Below, one piece after another: positions 43,129-57,313 of a stretch of 64,000 nucleotides of DNA. The stretch is from assembly GCF_009914755.1 (NCBI RefSeq), contig NC_060928.1. The stretch is one strand, 5' to 3'. The position numbers and the translations under genes are program-made. The notes under the pieces are model-generated. The model saw only the letters and a program-made list of their open reading frames with translations. It did not search any database and was not told the DNA's origin. The DNA comes from the human T2T-CHM13v2.0 reference genome, Homo sapiens. Position 1 is the first letter of the stretch; every line of letters begins with the position of its first letter.

Positions 43129-46099
43129 AGAAGCCATAACTTGATGGGTGTTTTGCAGTTGTATACTCCTTTGTCTGGACGGACACTGGACATATGTAGG
43201 GTTAAGAAATACATATGTGATTACAGGGCTTATTGTTTATTGAAAAACATATTACCATTAAATTAGAGTCTGGTGACCTATGATCTGATTTCAAAATAGC
43301 TTTGCCCTAATAACTTAAAACAGCTCTTTTCCTGTCAGCTGGCTTTTAACGTGTATTCAGACCATGATTTTTTTTTTGTACTTTAAAAAATTTGAGATAA
43401 AATTCACATAATACAAACACTATGAGTATTTCTGGTCAAGAGAATTTAAGAAAAGTTAATTGACTCAACACTTGGTCCATTTTTTTGACTGATGGCTGAT
43501 AGGCTGGGTGCTATAAAGCCAAGTCTTTGCCTTCAAGATCACAGCCACCTGTGGGGATAAAAACATGTAAACAAATATTAATAGAAACACGTTACAAGGT
43601 GCCCTGTGATTGCCAAGGATGTTTATTACACTTTCCTCTTTGAGCCTGCCTCTGAAAATAGTGGAATTTTTTCCTCTTGCCTTGCTGTTTTTTTTTTTTT
43701 TTTGTAGCAACTACTTCATTGTCTTAATGTTTACTCTGTCAGGGATTTCATATGAAAGTTAGAATTTTGTCAGCCACTCTGTTCTTCTGAACATCTCTTC
43801 CTTCCAACAATCAAAAGGCAGAAATATAAGTGGTGACACCTGAAGTTAGTGTATTTGTTGGGATTATAAAACATGCAGCACATTTAGGACTTGGTATAAA
43901 AAAGCTATTTTTGAATGCTGAAATGTAGACTGGGTTTATACCAAGCTTATTTTTCCTGCAAGTCTGTGGCAAGACCATTGCACAATAAACTCCAAATCTG
44001 CTTGCTTACTTAAGCCAGTCTTAATATTCACATATTTGTTTTTATTGTACATTTCACCTTTCTCCCTTCCAAAAAACCCAAGCCAGGAAAGGGTCTCCTT
44101 ACTGTCTTCTGTGCTTTGAAGTTTCCTGAAATTTTATGTCTCTGTTTTTTGTCGTTGTTGTTGCTGTTATCTCTTGGATGTTTGTAAATGTAATAGCAGT
44201 CAGTGCCTTTTCCTTTTATACTGGTAAATGAAGGCTTAGCTGGATAATGTTCATAAAGATCTCTAGAGTCCTTAGAGAAAGGACTAAATAAAATGAAATA
44301 GTATTATGCAAGATGAATAAACTACTTTCCTGTATTAAGCCGAGTTTTATTAAGGTGAATTTTTTCTCAATGCTTATCTTTTTTTTAAAATTTATTTTAA
44401 GACTCTAGCTTTATTAATAGTTAATGCTCCTTCATTTCCCTACTCTAAGGCATTTCTGAACTGGTGCAGTTGTCATTTTTCTTCTTAACTTTATAAAGTA
44501 TAGTATCTTTAAAATGTTAGTTAAACATTCTTTGATGTCTCTCCTTGGCCCATGAAATGTAAAAATTGATTTTAATAATCTTATTTTATTAAAATCTTGC
44601 AACATTTTTGTCTAGTGCTAGAATATAATATTCATAGCTCAATTTTAAACCTTAGACTTGAGTTTTATTTTACCTCTCTCTGTGTGAAAAGCTTAAAGGG
44701 CAAACTTATCAGGTTATACTTTACAGTTTTGCAGTTTTCCTCCTTTCACTATCCTGACAGCTGAGAAAGTCAAGGGAACAATCAACAGACTGGTTTAAGA
44801 GAGCAGAAATGTTTCCAGTGTCCTGGAATTTGCTTCCTCCCTGGTATGAAAGCTTATATTTGTAGCATACAAAGTGATGTTGTGTAAAAATGTGAAGGAC
44901 AGGTGTTTACTCTGGCCTTGACCAAGGTGAGAATTTGAGATGGAAGAGTCAGGCTCTATATAGGGGATGTTTTGGAACTTGACCAGTCTGTCAGTTTTGT
45001 TACCTACCAGTGAAACTGAAAGGTAAGTGAAGGCAATGCAATTTCACAACTCATAATACAGCTCTAAAATCTTTTTTTTGGTTGATGTATTTTAAGCAGT
45101 TGAATATATTTTCCATAAATTTTACTGCTTTCCATTTACCTTTGAATAGAAGCCAATGAGGAGAAGTATTTAGAAGGTTATGAGCAATAACAGAATGAAC
45201 TGTTGGAAAAGTCCTTTTGTGGCTTTCCTCAAGTGTGTACTGGTGGAAAAATTACTGTAATTTGATAGTGAAATGTTGGAAAATGATTTTATTTACTATT
45301 TAGAAAATAACACAAATGGGCCTTGCTTTTGAAATTCACAGGTTCAAAACATTTAGTTATGCCTCACTACCTTAATCTTTGCTCATTATGCTTTACATTG
45401 ATGGAATTAAATGTGACACATTGCAATGTTGGATCAGCCCCACAGTTCTAAAATACAGGGTTTGATTAAATTATAAAAAAAATAAAGATACTGTACTGTT
45501 TAGTGTCAGAAATGGAGATTTGTGAAATTTTGTTTTTCGCTTGACGTTGTCTGAAGGAAAGAAAGTATCCCAGTGAGAGAGGAGGAAAAGAACATTAAGA
45601 ATACCTGACTGTAACTTGCCTGTTGAAATCACAGAAGATTCTTCGGCTTTGGAAGAGCAAATAGTTTTTTCAAAGCTAAATCTTTAGTGTCTGTACTGAT
45701 CATAATATGGCTAGTCCGCTGGGAAATGGTACTTTCAGTATGTGTGTCTGCCCATGCCAGTAATAAACATGTGTTTATTGGCCATTCGGCCCTGAAGCAT
45801 CCAGTTTTATCTTTTGGGTATACAAGGGCATGTGCAGATGAAGGTCACAGCTTCATGATGCTTGCTGTGAGGCTTATGGGTATCAGTAGGAAGGCTAACA
45901 ATGTAATTCCCATAATGTCCAGGGAATTCTTTGGAGGCCATCCTCTGATTCTTTTGCTTACCTTGTACAGGGGCTTGTCTATACAGTATTCCTCAGACTT
46001 TCAATCAATGGTGTGATTAACTTGTGCTTTAGAATTCATAAGATTATATGAGCATTTTCAGTGGCCTAAAGTCACCTGTCATTTGTTTTAATGGTTAAG

Positions 46100-46205
46100 G
46101 GTCAGGAATTGAAAGTTAGACGTAGGTTTTAGTTTCAGCTGTGCTTCTGTGTGATTTTAGTTACTTAATTTCTATAAGCTTCAGTTTTCTTATGTGTAAA
46201 ATAAG
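46100..46205 (+). mobile_element. MIR fragment
   Basis: ttacttaatttctataagcttcagttttcttatgtgtaaaat. Confidence 0.55.
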
Positions 46206-46207
46206 TA

Positions 46208-46760
46208 TCCATTCATTCATTTGTTCATTCATCCATTCAATAAATAGTAAGTACTTCCCATGTGCCAGGCCTGCTCTTGGTGCTGGGAAGTGAGCAACAG
46301 GGAAAGCAGAGAAAAATCTCCGCTGTCATGGAGCTTCAATTCATGGGGAAATGGAATGTAAATTAAAAGAAGTTAAACATTTTGTGTATTTTCCACATGT
46401 GAATATATATGAGATGATGACAATTGCTACAGACAAAATGAAACAGCATTGGGGTAGAGACAAGATTGGAATGCGATTTCTATTTCATGGGGGGTAGACA
46501 GGAAAGGCTTCTGTAAATAGGTCATATGTAAGCAGAGACACAAATGAAGAGGAGGATGATATATGAGGATATCTGGGGATGGAGGCTCCGGGGAACAGCA
46601 AGTCTGGCAGGTGTTGCACATTCCTGAGGTGAGAACAAGCTTGGTGCATCAGAGGGGCAGTGAGGAGAGGCCATTGTGGCTGAAGTGGCTGAAGTAGAGT
46701 GAGGGAGGGGCAGAGCAGGATGGTAGTAGTGCCCAGTTTGTGGGGCTGCTTAGGAAATAA
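46208..46760 (-). mobile_element. L2a-type 3' end
   Basis: attcattcatttgttcattcatccattcaataaata...tgtgccaggc. Confidence 0.8.
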
Positions 46761-46929
46761 CTTGCTTAACATGTACTTCGTACATATTAAAAGAATAAAA
46801 CACTGTAACAGTTGAGGTTTATTTCGGGAATGCAAGAAGGGTTCATCATCTTATTAAATATAAATAGAAAAAAGTCATCTGTTTTTTTTTATAGAAAAGG
46901 CATTTGATAAAATTCAATCTCTATTATCG

Positions 46930-47513
<584 letters not shown>

Positions 47514-50264
47514 CTATTATTGATTTTATAAAAACCCTTTAAAATATAATAGGAAAATACCCTTAGCAAAGTAAAGTATGTTCATCTCAACCTAAAACCA
47601 TCTGAGCCTAAATAGGAAATTTGAGAGCATTTCCATTAACATCAGAACCCAAAATAAGAATGTTTACTATTTTCACTAATTGTTAATGGTATTTGGAATC
47701 ATAAACCAGTGCTGCTGGATGAGAGAAAATAATGAAGTTATCAAGAAAATCAGAAAGGAGGTAAATGAATGTTGTTTGCAAATAATGGGAATATGTGACT
47801 CAAATATCCAAGAGAATAAAATAAAAAGCTAATTACGAAGAATATGATAATCTATAAATGTGCCTGGATACCCAAGTAATGTGTCAGCATTCATAACTTC
47901 CATATATGCTAACAATAACCAGTTAGAAGATATATTGGGGAAAAAGGCATTAGCATAAAAAGGATGAAATACCTAAGAATAAACTTAGGAAAATAATATG
48001 GATGCTGTATGTGAAGGCGTTTAAAAATGCTCCTGATGTGTAAAAAAAAAGATACGAAAAAATGGAAAGGTCCCATCATATTCTTGGATGTGAAGGTGCC
48101 AATTCTCTGTGAATTAATCTGTATTTTTATGTAATTCCAGTAAAAATAACAACAGGATTTTTGGGGGCTCTAAACAAGCTGGTTCTATGGTCATTTGGAA
48201 AAGTAAACAACCACAAATAGGACAATTCTGAAAAAGAGAATAAAATCTAGCTTAGTAAGTCTACAATAATTGAAACATTGGTATTGCCAGATACCATATT
48301 TAGCATACAATAAAGGTGGTATTTCAAATTAGTCGGGTAAAGTTGCTCAGTTCCATAACTGAGGGATAACCAGGTAGCTGTCTGGTGGAAAAGGTACTAT
48401 TTGCAGCAGTATCTCAAATGTTAAGCCAAAAATCAATCTATGATAAACAAATTTAAAATATAAACTAGATTGTAGAATAACATGGGAAAGTTATTTTATA
48501 ATCTTGGAGTATGTACATACGGCCCTTCTAAGTAAGATAGAAAACTGAGAAGCCATAAAAGAAGAGATTGATATATTTGATTACATTTTTTAAAAAACCT
48601 GAGTAGCTTCTGCATACTTCAAGGAACAAGAAAATTGGGGAAAATATTTGCTTCTCAAATCATGAAGGGACTAATTTTCTTAATAAAAAGCTCCTAAAAT
48701 CCATAAGAAAAAGTCCAAAAACCAGAAGAAAAATGGACTAAGGCTACAAATAGTCTAAAGGAAGGGAAATAACAGTGGCTTTTAAACATATGGAAAGATG
48801 CTTAACTTCACCCATTATCACAGATACGCACATTACAACTACACCGAGGTACCATTTATCACTGTTAGATGGACAAAGATTACAAAGTCTTATAACCTAT
48901 TCTGTAGAGAGTATAGGTGCAAAACATTAGTCTATTTAGTGGGCAATTGGCAAAATCTATAATATGAAAATTTCATATTGCTTTATCTAGGAATTTCAGT
49001 TTTAGAAATTTATCCTAGATACAAAAACACAGTCCTAGACATACAAACATTCATACGCACTATGAATGTATTCTGCATATACTGTACATACTTATTACAT
49101 GCATGAGAAAATTATGTACAAAGTTATTAATTGTAGTAGTGTTTATAATGGCTAAAGGTTGGAAACAACCTAATGTTCATAATGGGATACTGAATCAATA
49201 CATTATGTTACAGCTGTACACTCGAAAATGTTCGATCATAAAAATCCACACCAGTGAATTCTCTTTAGGTACCAATTTGGAAACATTGCCAATGTATGAA
49301 ATAGTATAATATGTTTATTTGTGTAAAAAACATTTATACAAGATGTTTTGTTTATATGTGAAAAGATACAATTTCTGGGAAAGCTAACTTGGTGGCTGAA
49401 GACATGCCTAGCCTCATTTCAAAAAAAATCTACATGTAGCACATGCCTTGCTGTTAGCACTTATTACATGCTAGTGGTGGTGGTGATTTTCGTTGTAAAA
49501 ACAAGATTCCTTTGCCTCACAGGTTGATTTTTAACAGCTGAGTCTGGAAGAGGGCGGTCATCTCATTATAAATACTGCTTATTGAGTGTCAGACTTGGGT
49601 TTTTCACCAAGAATGCCGTATATACTTCCTGAAGTATGTTTCTTGGAGGTTATCAATACTAGCTGTGCAAACCAAAGATGTCAAATAATATTGGGCTAAA
49701 CAAAACTAAGCAGACTTCTTTTCTACAAGGCCTTCTTAGAGCCTTAATATACGTACTGTGTTTTGTGAATATTCAAGAAGAACATTTAGAATGTGGCATT
49801 TCCCCAAATTTATTTAACTACAGAACCTTGGACAATAACTACTTAAAAAAAACACCTTATGAGTAGTTGTCACATTGGGAAACATCACTTTAATACTAGA
49901 ATTTGGTTTCATTCACCTTCATTATTCATTTTAGTAAGTCAGTATTCTTGGTGTATTTCTAAGATACTTGTGGTCTCTGCCTGCTTTCTTTTCCTTCCCT
50001 TGTGGTATGCTCCAATTCACGAATTTGTTTTGTAGTTGAGACCCTCCCAAAGTCATCCAAATTACACTCAGTTTCTTGGGTAAAAAAGAATTGTATGAAA
50101 TTAATGTGAAATCTCAGGGATTGATTGAACAGAAATTGAAGATTGAAGCTTCATTTGGTTCAACTTTTCCTAAAGCTTTAGAAGGTTTGCTGTTGAGAGG
50201 AGGAATAAAATCAACTTAATGGATACACTGTTGAGGAATTGTGAGCTTAATATGGAGAAGACAG

Positions 50265-50400
50265 TATTACTGTGGGGCTTAGAAGACATGGCTTCTACCT
50301 CTGTCTTCATCTTTTAGCACAACTTAATTTTGAACAGGTCACTCATCCTCTCTGTGCCTCAGTTTTATCCTCTGTAAAACTCAGGGATTGCATTGAAGTG
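50265..50400 (+). mobile_element. MIR fragment
   Basis: ctctctgtgcctcagttttatcctctgtaaaa core. Confidence 0.65.
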
Positions 50401-52566
50401 ATAAGTATGGGTCCATCCATTTTAAGACTTTAAGTTATTATTAACGTGCTTAATGGAATCAGTGAAGTTTGTGGACCTGTGTAGAATATTTTGTTCTACT
50501 ATGGGAGATTCCACATGTGAATATAATGTATTACCTGTCCCAGTTCAATCCTTTTTGAGAATGAAATTATTCAATAATTAGCTCATAGTCAGCTTCATGT
50601 GTTTGAAAACTTATTGAATTGTTTGAAACTTCTCTCTTCGTTGGTTGGTTGGTTAATTATCCTCCAGGAAAGCGTTTGATTATATTACAGATCAATTAAT
50701 ACAATGCTATGGATAATCCACACCTCTTGTATAAATGTGCACCCCACCCACATTTGTTTCTCTGGTGTATGGAGAAATCCATGATGTGGATATTAATTCT
50801 CTCTCCCCACCCCAACAAAGTGTTCATTTGGTGGTTTTGCTGTGCTTTTGTGTACTCCCTGCCTATTAGCATATTTCTGAACTTGACATAGTAGAGGTCT
50901 AAATTCACTGAATTTATGCCATCTGGAAATGAGCTTTAAATTTTGTTCCTTTGTTGAAATTAGGGATGTGATATAGCTATTACACAGGACTGTGAGCCTG
51001 AATTTGATTTTATTATGTGGAGGTAGAATGTTTTGTTAGAAGGAAAGCATTTGCCTGGGGAGAGATTTGAGTGTGACTGAATTGTTAACTGCCAGCTTCC
51101 CCCCTTTTTGGCAGGAGACATATTTTGTTTTTAAATGAGATGACAACCAAGAGAATTATCAAGAACCAGTGAATTTTAAGAGAGTTCTTTCAATTTACTT
51201 GAATTCCACTTAACCTTGCTTTCGATGTCATTCTGTGCATTACTGTCAAAGGACTCGGCTTCCTTTGAAGTCATGAAGCGTTGCTGCTGGCGGGATCATG
51301 ATGGTAAAATATAAGAGTGGTTCTTAGTAAAGCCCTTAACTGATACCCAGCAATGCCTTATTACCTAAGTAAAAGCATATGTGTGCGAGTGCCTAAAATT
51401 GTAGAGTGTAAGGGGAGGATATATGATAATGGACATTGAGATGGGAGAAGTATTTCTCATGAATTAGGGATGCCCTTTCATAATTCACAAATTGCAAGAT
51501 GAGAAAAGGCTTGAAATCACCTGAAAAGCATCTAGCAGCAATCTGTAATTCTTAAGAGGAGGTAAAAGAGCCTGTATCTCTCCAGCACATGATGATAAAA
51601 CTGTTCCTGTGGGATACGGAAGAAGGAGAATTCTGTTACTTGTAAAACCCCTTGCGATTAAATGGCCAGATATTTGGTTATGAGGTGATACTGGTAGTTC
51701 CCAGGTGGTTAATAAATGATTAATTGATTAGACTGAAGAAGGCTGATTTGAGGGTATTGAGGAAATCTGAATATGAAGAATTTGTTTTTTGCATGCAAAA
51801 CGTTATCCTTTACTTTTCATGCTCCACTCTTCTCATGCCTTGCCAGTGCTACTCCTGTGCCTAGTTTTGAAGATTTAGGTCACACTGTGTCCCCCAACCC
51901 CCACTTTTTTCTTTTCACGAATATTTGTTATAAGAGAAGGTACATTCTAAGCCTTTGACACACATACACACATAGGTTAAACACACATACACAACACCTT
52001 TTGTAGAGACTTCTAGGGCCATCTTTTATTATATTGGACTATTGCAGAAAAATTATTATGTGAAAGTGGCTTACCCTTTGAGGCTTGAGAAATCATGGCT
52101 ATATAGAGATTTCAAAAAGACATATTTGTTTTACAGGACTCTGACTTGAATTGCTCCCCTCAACCCATCTAAAGATAGGAACTATTTTACCTATTATTTG
52201 TAACTATATCAGAAGAAATTGCATCTTGTTTTTTTCTTTTGCATAAGTAGTTGTGATCATATGTAATTACAACATTGTACCCTGCTTTTTCTTTCCACTT
52301 TGTATTATAAACTACATATTCCCATTTTATTGTAACTCATAACATTTCTTTTTTATTTAAAAATTACTTTAAAAATTTGACATAAAATTGTATATATTAT
52401 GTACAGCTTGATGTTTTGAAGTATATTTATATATACATATTATGGAATGAAAAGTTTTTAATGGCCAACAGAATTGTGATTAAGTAAATTATGTGGTTGT
52501 GGCAAATTTACAGTTTGTGACAAACTGACTTCCTCAGTTATTGGCATTTAAATCGTTTCCATGTTT

Positions 52567-52711
52567 ATTTTTTATTTTTTTAGAACCCTAAGAGAGGCTT
52601 CTTGCACCTACGCAAGAAAAAATTGAGGGCAAATCCATAGAGTAAAGTGAAGGCAAGTTTATTAAGAAAGTAAAGGAATAAAAGAATGGCTACTCCATAG
52701 GCAGAGCAGCC
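52567..52711 (-). mobile_element. MER51-like (ERV1) LTR R/U5 fragment with poly(A) tail and TSD
   Basis: Minus strand reads ggctgctctgcctatggagtagccattc...aataaa...; TSD gtttccatgttt at 52555-52566 and 52713-52724. Confidence 0.8.
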
Positions 52712-53587
52712 TGTTTCCATGTTTTAAATTTAAGTATAGTATTTATTATTTCCTTAAAAAATGTACTCTCTTGGACATTTTCTCTGGCCTCCACTTATTG
52801 TGATATCAAATAGTGGCTTCTTGTGGTTTTGTTTAGTATCTATGTTGGCTTCTGGCTAACTGCTAAGGGTTAGTCTCTCTAGATGTTCTTACTGCTGTCT
52901 TGGACACCTCTACGTTTTGTTCTCTGTGTTTCTCCCAGGTAGGATAATTTCCTTGCCAGCTTCTCTTCAAGCTCATGTTTTTCTGGTTGTAAGGTAGGCA
53001 TTAAGCCACACATTTGTGTTACGAAAATTATCTTGCCAGTTAGGCCTGATGATAGGAGATGTGTGTCTAAGACCAAAGTAGACTTTGCCCGTTGGATGGC
53101 GAAAACCTGAACTATGAATTGTCAGTATCTAGAGAGGTCAAAGTTACTCAGAAATATTTGGGAATGTGTACATTTTTTGAAATTGTTTATAAAAAGTTTT
53201 TTGTGCTCCTTTCTTTGCTATTTTATATTATGCTATCATTATTATCTTAATATGATACTGTTGACCCATGGATATGGATTTATTTTCACACTTTTTTTCA
53301 CTCCCAAAAGAAGCATATAATTGTTTGACATCTCTTATAAGATGGAAGAATCCTTTTCTATTTTCTGTTACCCAGCAGGAGTTTCTCATTTTTGGCTAGC
53401 ATTCAGATTTCTAAATAAAGATTTGCTTTTTGCTTATTTATTTATTTTTTTATGGTGAAGACAAATGCACACTGGGAGAACCCACTCAGTGTACAACATG
53501 TAGTGGTAAATGCGAGCGGAGAAAAAATAGAGATACTCAGATTGGATTTTGCAGTTTATTAATTATTATTTTTATTCCTCTTCATAG

Positions 53588-53712
53588 ATTTTTAAAGTCT
53601 TCTTCTAGGGGTTTCCAGCAGAGCCAAATGTTAGAAAAATCTTTCCGCTCCTCTGAAGAGTGAAGTGAGCAAATACAACCCAGCAGTAGGTTATTGAAGA
53701 CAGCAGCCCCAG
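53588..53712 (+). other. FHIP1A: Non-coding 5' UTR exon (125 nt), probably FHIP1A/FAM160A1
   Basis: Acceptor ttttattcctcttcatAG|ATTTTT and donor CCCCAG|GTAATG. In my recollection of the mRNA it follows the 25771-25878 exon directly. Confidence 0.8.
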
Positions 53713-54384
53713 GTAATGTCTTCTTTTCTCATTATTATTGACATGTGTTCAGTAATGCTCAATAATATGTTATACTTTTTTTTTTTTAAAGCAAGTCTAC
53801 TTGAACTTACACATCCATGTGAACATTATCTTGTTTAAAATGTCTTAGGGAGAGGCTGTACTCTATCCTCTATGTGAAGCATTTAAAAAATCTTTTCTTA
53901 AGAACTGCATCTTGACCCTCTGGTAGCATTCTTCTAAGCATCCTGTTTTCTCTAGTGGCAAATATCAACCTTGTAAGGATATACTTAGGAAATAGTCTAA
54001 ACTCATTTAGAACTTGGGTGATGATCATACCTGGGGTTCTCTAATTTTGATCAAAACCAAGAAGGAGCAATAACATAAGGAAACCAATTTTTCTTTTTGT
54101 AATTTGAAGACTCATACACTGTATTGAAAATAAATTCTACGAAGTGACTGAGTTTCAAGCAATGGTAGTATTGTTAAAATAATTGTTCAGGCTTCATAAT
54201 TTACAGAGGCATGTACTATTTATTTGACTATAAATGTTGATATTCTTTCTTATTAAAATCAATAAGTCAATCTGTTAGTATTGTAGAAGAGTTCCTATGT
54301 TAATCAGAAACTTCCTTATTAGATATACCTCTAATGCTTTATAATTTGCCTCTATAAATGATCTTCTTGTGGGGGTGGGGGGGT

Positions 54385-54530
54385 GTTTTGCAATATTTCC
54401 CAAAGTGTTACTAGAGTGCTTGCTAAAAAAACACATTAAAAATTTCATATTAGTAGGCCTGAAACTAGTGTATCAAAATCAGAATCAGAATGGTAGGGGC
54501 AGGACTTGGGAATCTGCATATTGCAAGTGA
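54385..54530. mobile_element. MER5-type fragment
   Basis: tttcccaaagtgt...aatcagaat...gggaatctgcat. Confidence 0.45.
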
Positions 54531-54659
54531 ATGTCAACAGAGATTGACACTCTGGTCCAGTAAAATCAGACCTCTACCTAGGATCTTTGTAGTTTAAAAA
54601 ATTTAGTGCAACTTATTGTGTAGACACAAAACAGCTATTTATGATTGTGTGCTTTTCTG

Positions 54660-54842
54660 GGAAGAGTAGGGGGAAGGGAGGCTTAGGGAAAGATTTGTTA
54701 AAGGATCCAAAATTATAGCTAGATAGGAGAAATAAGTTCTTCTGTTCTATACCATGGTAGGATGACTATAGTTAACTATCTAGCTGTAATTTTGTATCCT
54801 TTAAGAAATCTCTCCCTAACCTTCCCTTCCCCCTAGTCTTCC
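54660..54842. repeat. Inverted repeat made of L1MA 3' sequence (67-bp arms, 49-nt spacer)
   Basis: 54660-54726 versus reverse complement of 54776-54842: 60/67 identical, no gaps. Confidence 0.92.
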
Positions 54843-56650
54843 AAGTCTATCATTTTAGAGACAGTTTAAGATACGGAACAGAAAAGCTGATAATCATAAA
54901 TAGCAGTTTTATGTCCACGTAGGACTTCTTATGAAGTTCTGTTTCTAATTAAGGTATTTCAGGAACAAAGTGGTATTGCATAAATTTGGAGCTCATTTTA
55001 GACTAAGATTTAATAATTGTTAATAGGCATTGAGCCTGTGTTTAAGTTTTATGTTAGCATTTGTTGGGTAATGACTTCTTAAATTCGGGATTTGACTCTG
55101 ATGAACTCTGAGTTTTGGTCTTAAGTTTGGAATGTGTGTGTGTATCCTCTGTTACAGGGCTTTTCCCAGTTAACTCCAACCAATGAGAGCTCCTCTGATG
55201 TTTTAGGGAGCTTTAATTTCAAGGTCCTTAGCAGAATGAACATTCTTATGATAAAGAATTAGCCACTCATGAATCCTGGGGATAACCTATAGTCGTTTAC
55301 AACCATTCACCTGTCTGTAGAGCAGAAGTTGTTTGGAACATGTTCTTGCCTCTTAGCTCTAGAAAGCAGCATGAGTGATAGAATGATATTTATACTGGTT
55401 TGGAAAAGGTCAGAAACCAAATATTGTTGCCTTAGACGTGAGGTTATTTTGAGTTGTGCAGGAGACTTTGGGAGTGGGGTGTGAAGAGTACAAAAACAAA
55501 TATATGTAAAAGGGAAGGCCTGGCAAGGATACTAAGAAGGTAGAGGGAGTAGCTTAGGTGGTTGTAGGACTGACTTGGATAATGAAAGGATGTAACACTT
55601 GGGTGTATTGGTTTCTTCCGAGGAAATGATGGTGGATACTAAAGGTAGCATAACAAGGACCACCCAAGTGGAAAATGGGTTTGAAGATGGACTCTGAAAG
55701 CTTGAAGACAGTATGATGCAAAATGTGTATGATAGTCCTCAGGAGAGGCTGTCAGTAGAATTCATCTGTTATGAAATTTGGTTGTGTTCTCAGAACAGTG
55801 AGACAAATAGCAGGTGGATAGAGGCAATTACAGATATTCTGAGCTGTTGAGATAATTGTATATTTGAATATGCTATTTCAGGGTTAAAAGTCGTCTACAT
55901 GAGAAAAGAAGAGCAGTTATGGCAGCATTAGAAGGCTCTCCTTTCTAATGTAATGCCAGGAATGTCTGAGTCATGCAGAATTGGGGTGGTGAGTGAGGAA
56001 TGTTTCTCTGTGGCTTCCCTGGCTTTGTGTGGGGAGCCAGTGGGAAGCCATTTTCAAAAGTGGTTTTGAATAAAAATCTAGCCCCAAAACTGTTTTAGTA
56101 AATAACACAAAAATATACCTAAAAAGTGACTTGTTAGGGTCAAATAATCAAACCACCTACATAATGCTGTAAATCTGAAATTTGTTCATTTTGCACATAT
56201 CTTTTCATAATTTTATCAATTTTTAAATTATAATCTGTGCCTTCTTTTGTAAATTTAGTCTTTTTAATTAATTCATCCATTTTGGTCTCTTCACATATTC
56301 TATGACCCTTATAATTTCTTTCGAGCATAGTTTGGATCTTTTCCAGTTTTTTTTTTTTTTTGTCTGTTCTAATTGACCAGAATGGCTTAAAATAAATATG
56401 TATAATTTATGTTTGGTCGTGTTTTCCATTTCATTTTTAACATCATTTCTGAAATACCCTTGTCTTGGTCTTTAAGTGTATAGTGCCACACTGAACTGAT
56501 GTACTCAGAGAAAAGTCTCTAACAACTCTAGTCTAGACTAGAGGTTCTCAAAGTGCGGTCCCCAGATGAACAGTGCAAACTTCACCTGGGAACTTGTTGG
56601 AAATGTAAATTCTTGGACTGAATCAGAAGCCCAGAGGGTGGAGCTCAGAG

Positions 56651-56946
56651 TTTTTTTTTTTTTTTTTGAGACAAATCCTCACTCTGGTTGCCCAGACTAG
56701 AGTGCAGTGGCACATTCTTGGCTCACTGAAGCTTTGACCTCCCGGGCTCAAACAATCCTCCCACCTCAGCTTCCTGAGTAGCTGGTATGACAGGCACCTG
56801 CCACCATGCCTGGCTAATTTTTTTATTTTTTGTAGAGACGGGTTTCACCATGTTGCCCCACCTTCTTGAACTCCTGAGTTCAAGCAATCTGCCCGCCTTA
56901 GCCTCCCAAAGTGTGGGGATTACAGGCGTGGGCCACTGTGCCTGGC
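56651..56946 (-). mobile_element. AluJ
   Basis: Antisense dimer with poly(T). Confidence 0.92.
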
Positions 56947-56976
56947 TGAGGTTTATATTTAACAAGCCCTCTAGGT

Positions 56977-57313
56977 CAGCAGTCTCCAACCTTTTGGCAC
57001 CAAGGACTGGTTTTGTGGAAGACAATTTTTCCATGGATGACGGGGATGGCGTGGCTTGAGAATGAAACTGTTCCATCTGAGATCATCAGGCGTTAGTTAG
57101 ATTCTCATAAGGAGTGTGCAACCTAGATCCCTCACATGTGCACTTCACGATAAGGTTTGCGCTTCTATGAGAATCTAATGCCACTGCTGATCTAACAGGA
57201 GGTGGAGCTCAGGAAGTAAAGCTCACCCACTGCTTACCTCCTGCTTGGTGGCTTGGTTCCTAACAGGCCAGAGACTGGTACCAGTCTGGGTCTCAGAGGT
57301 TGGGGACCCCCTG
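56977..57313 (-). mobile_element. MER1B (hAT-Charlie)
   Basis: Inverted termini cagcagtctccaacc / ggttggggaccccctg with perfect 8-bp TSD ctctaggt. Confidence 0.92.

Noticed and set aside
56140-56328. Lys/Glu-rich minus-strand ORF that looks protein-like
   Set aside because: No family recognised; there is an upstream in-frame stop and an A15 run, and AT-rich composition can explain it. A tblastx hit would be needed to call a pseudogene.
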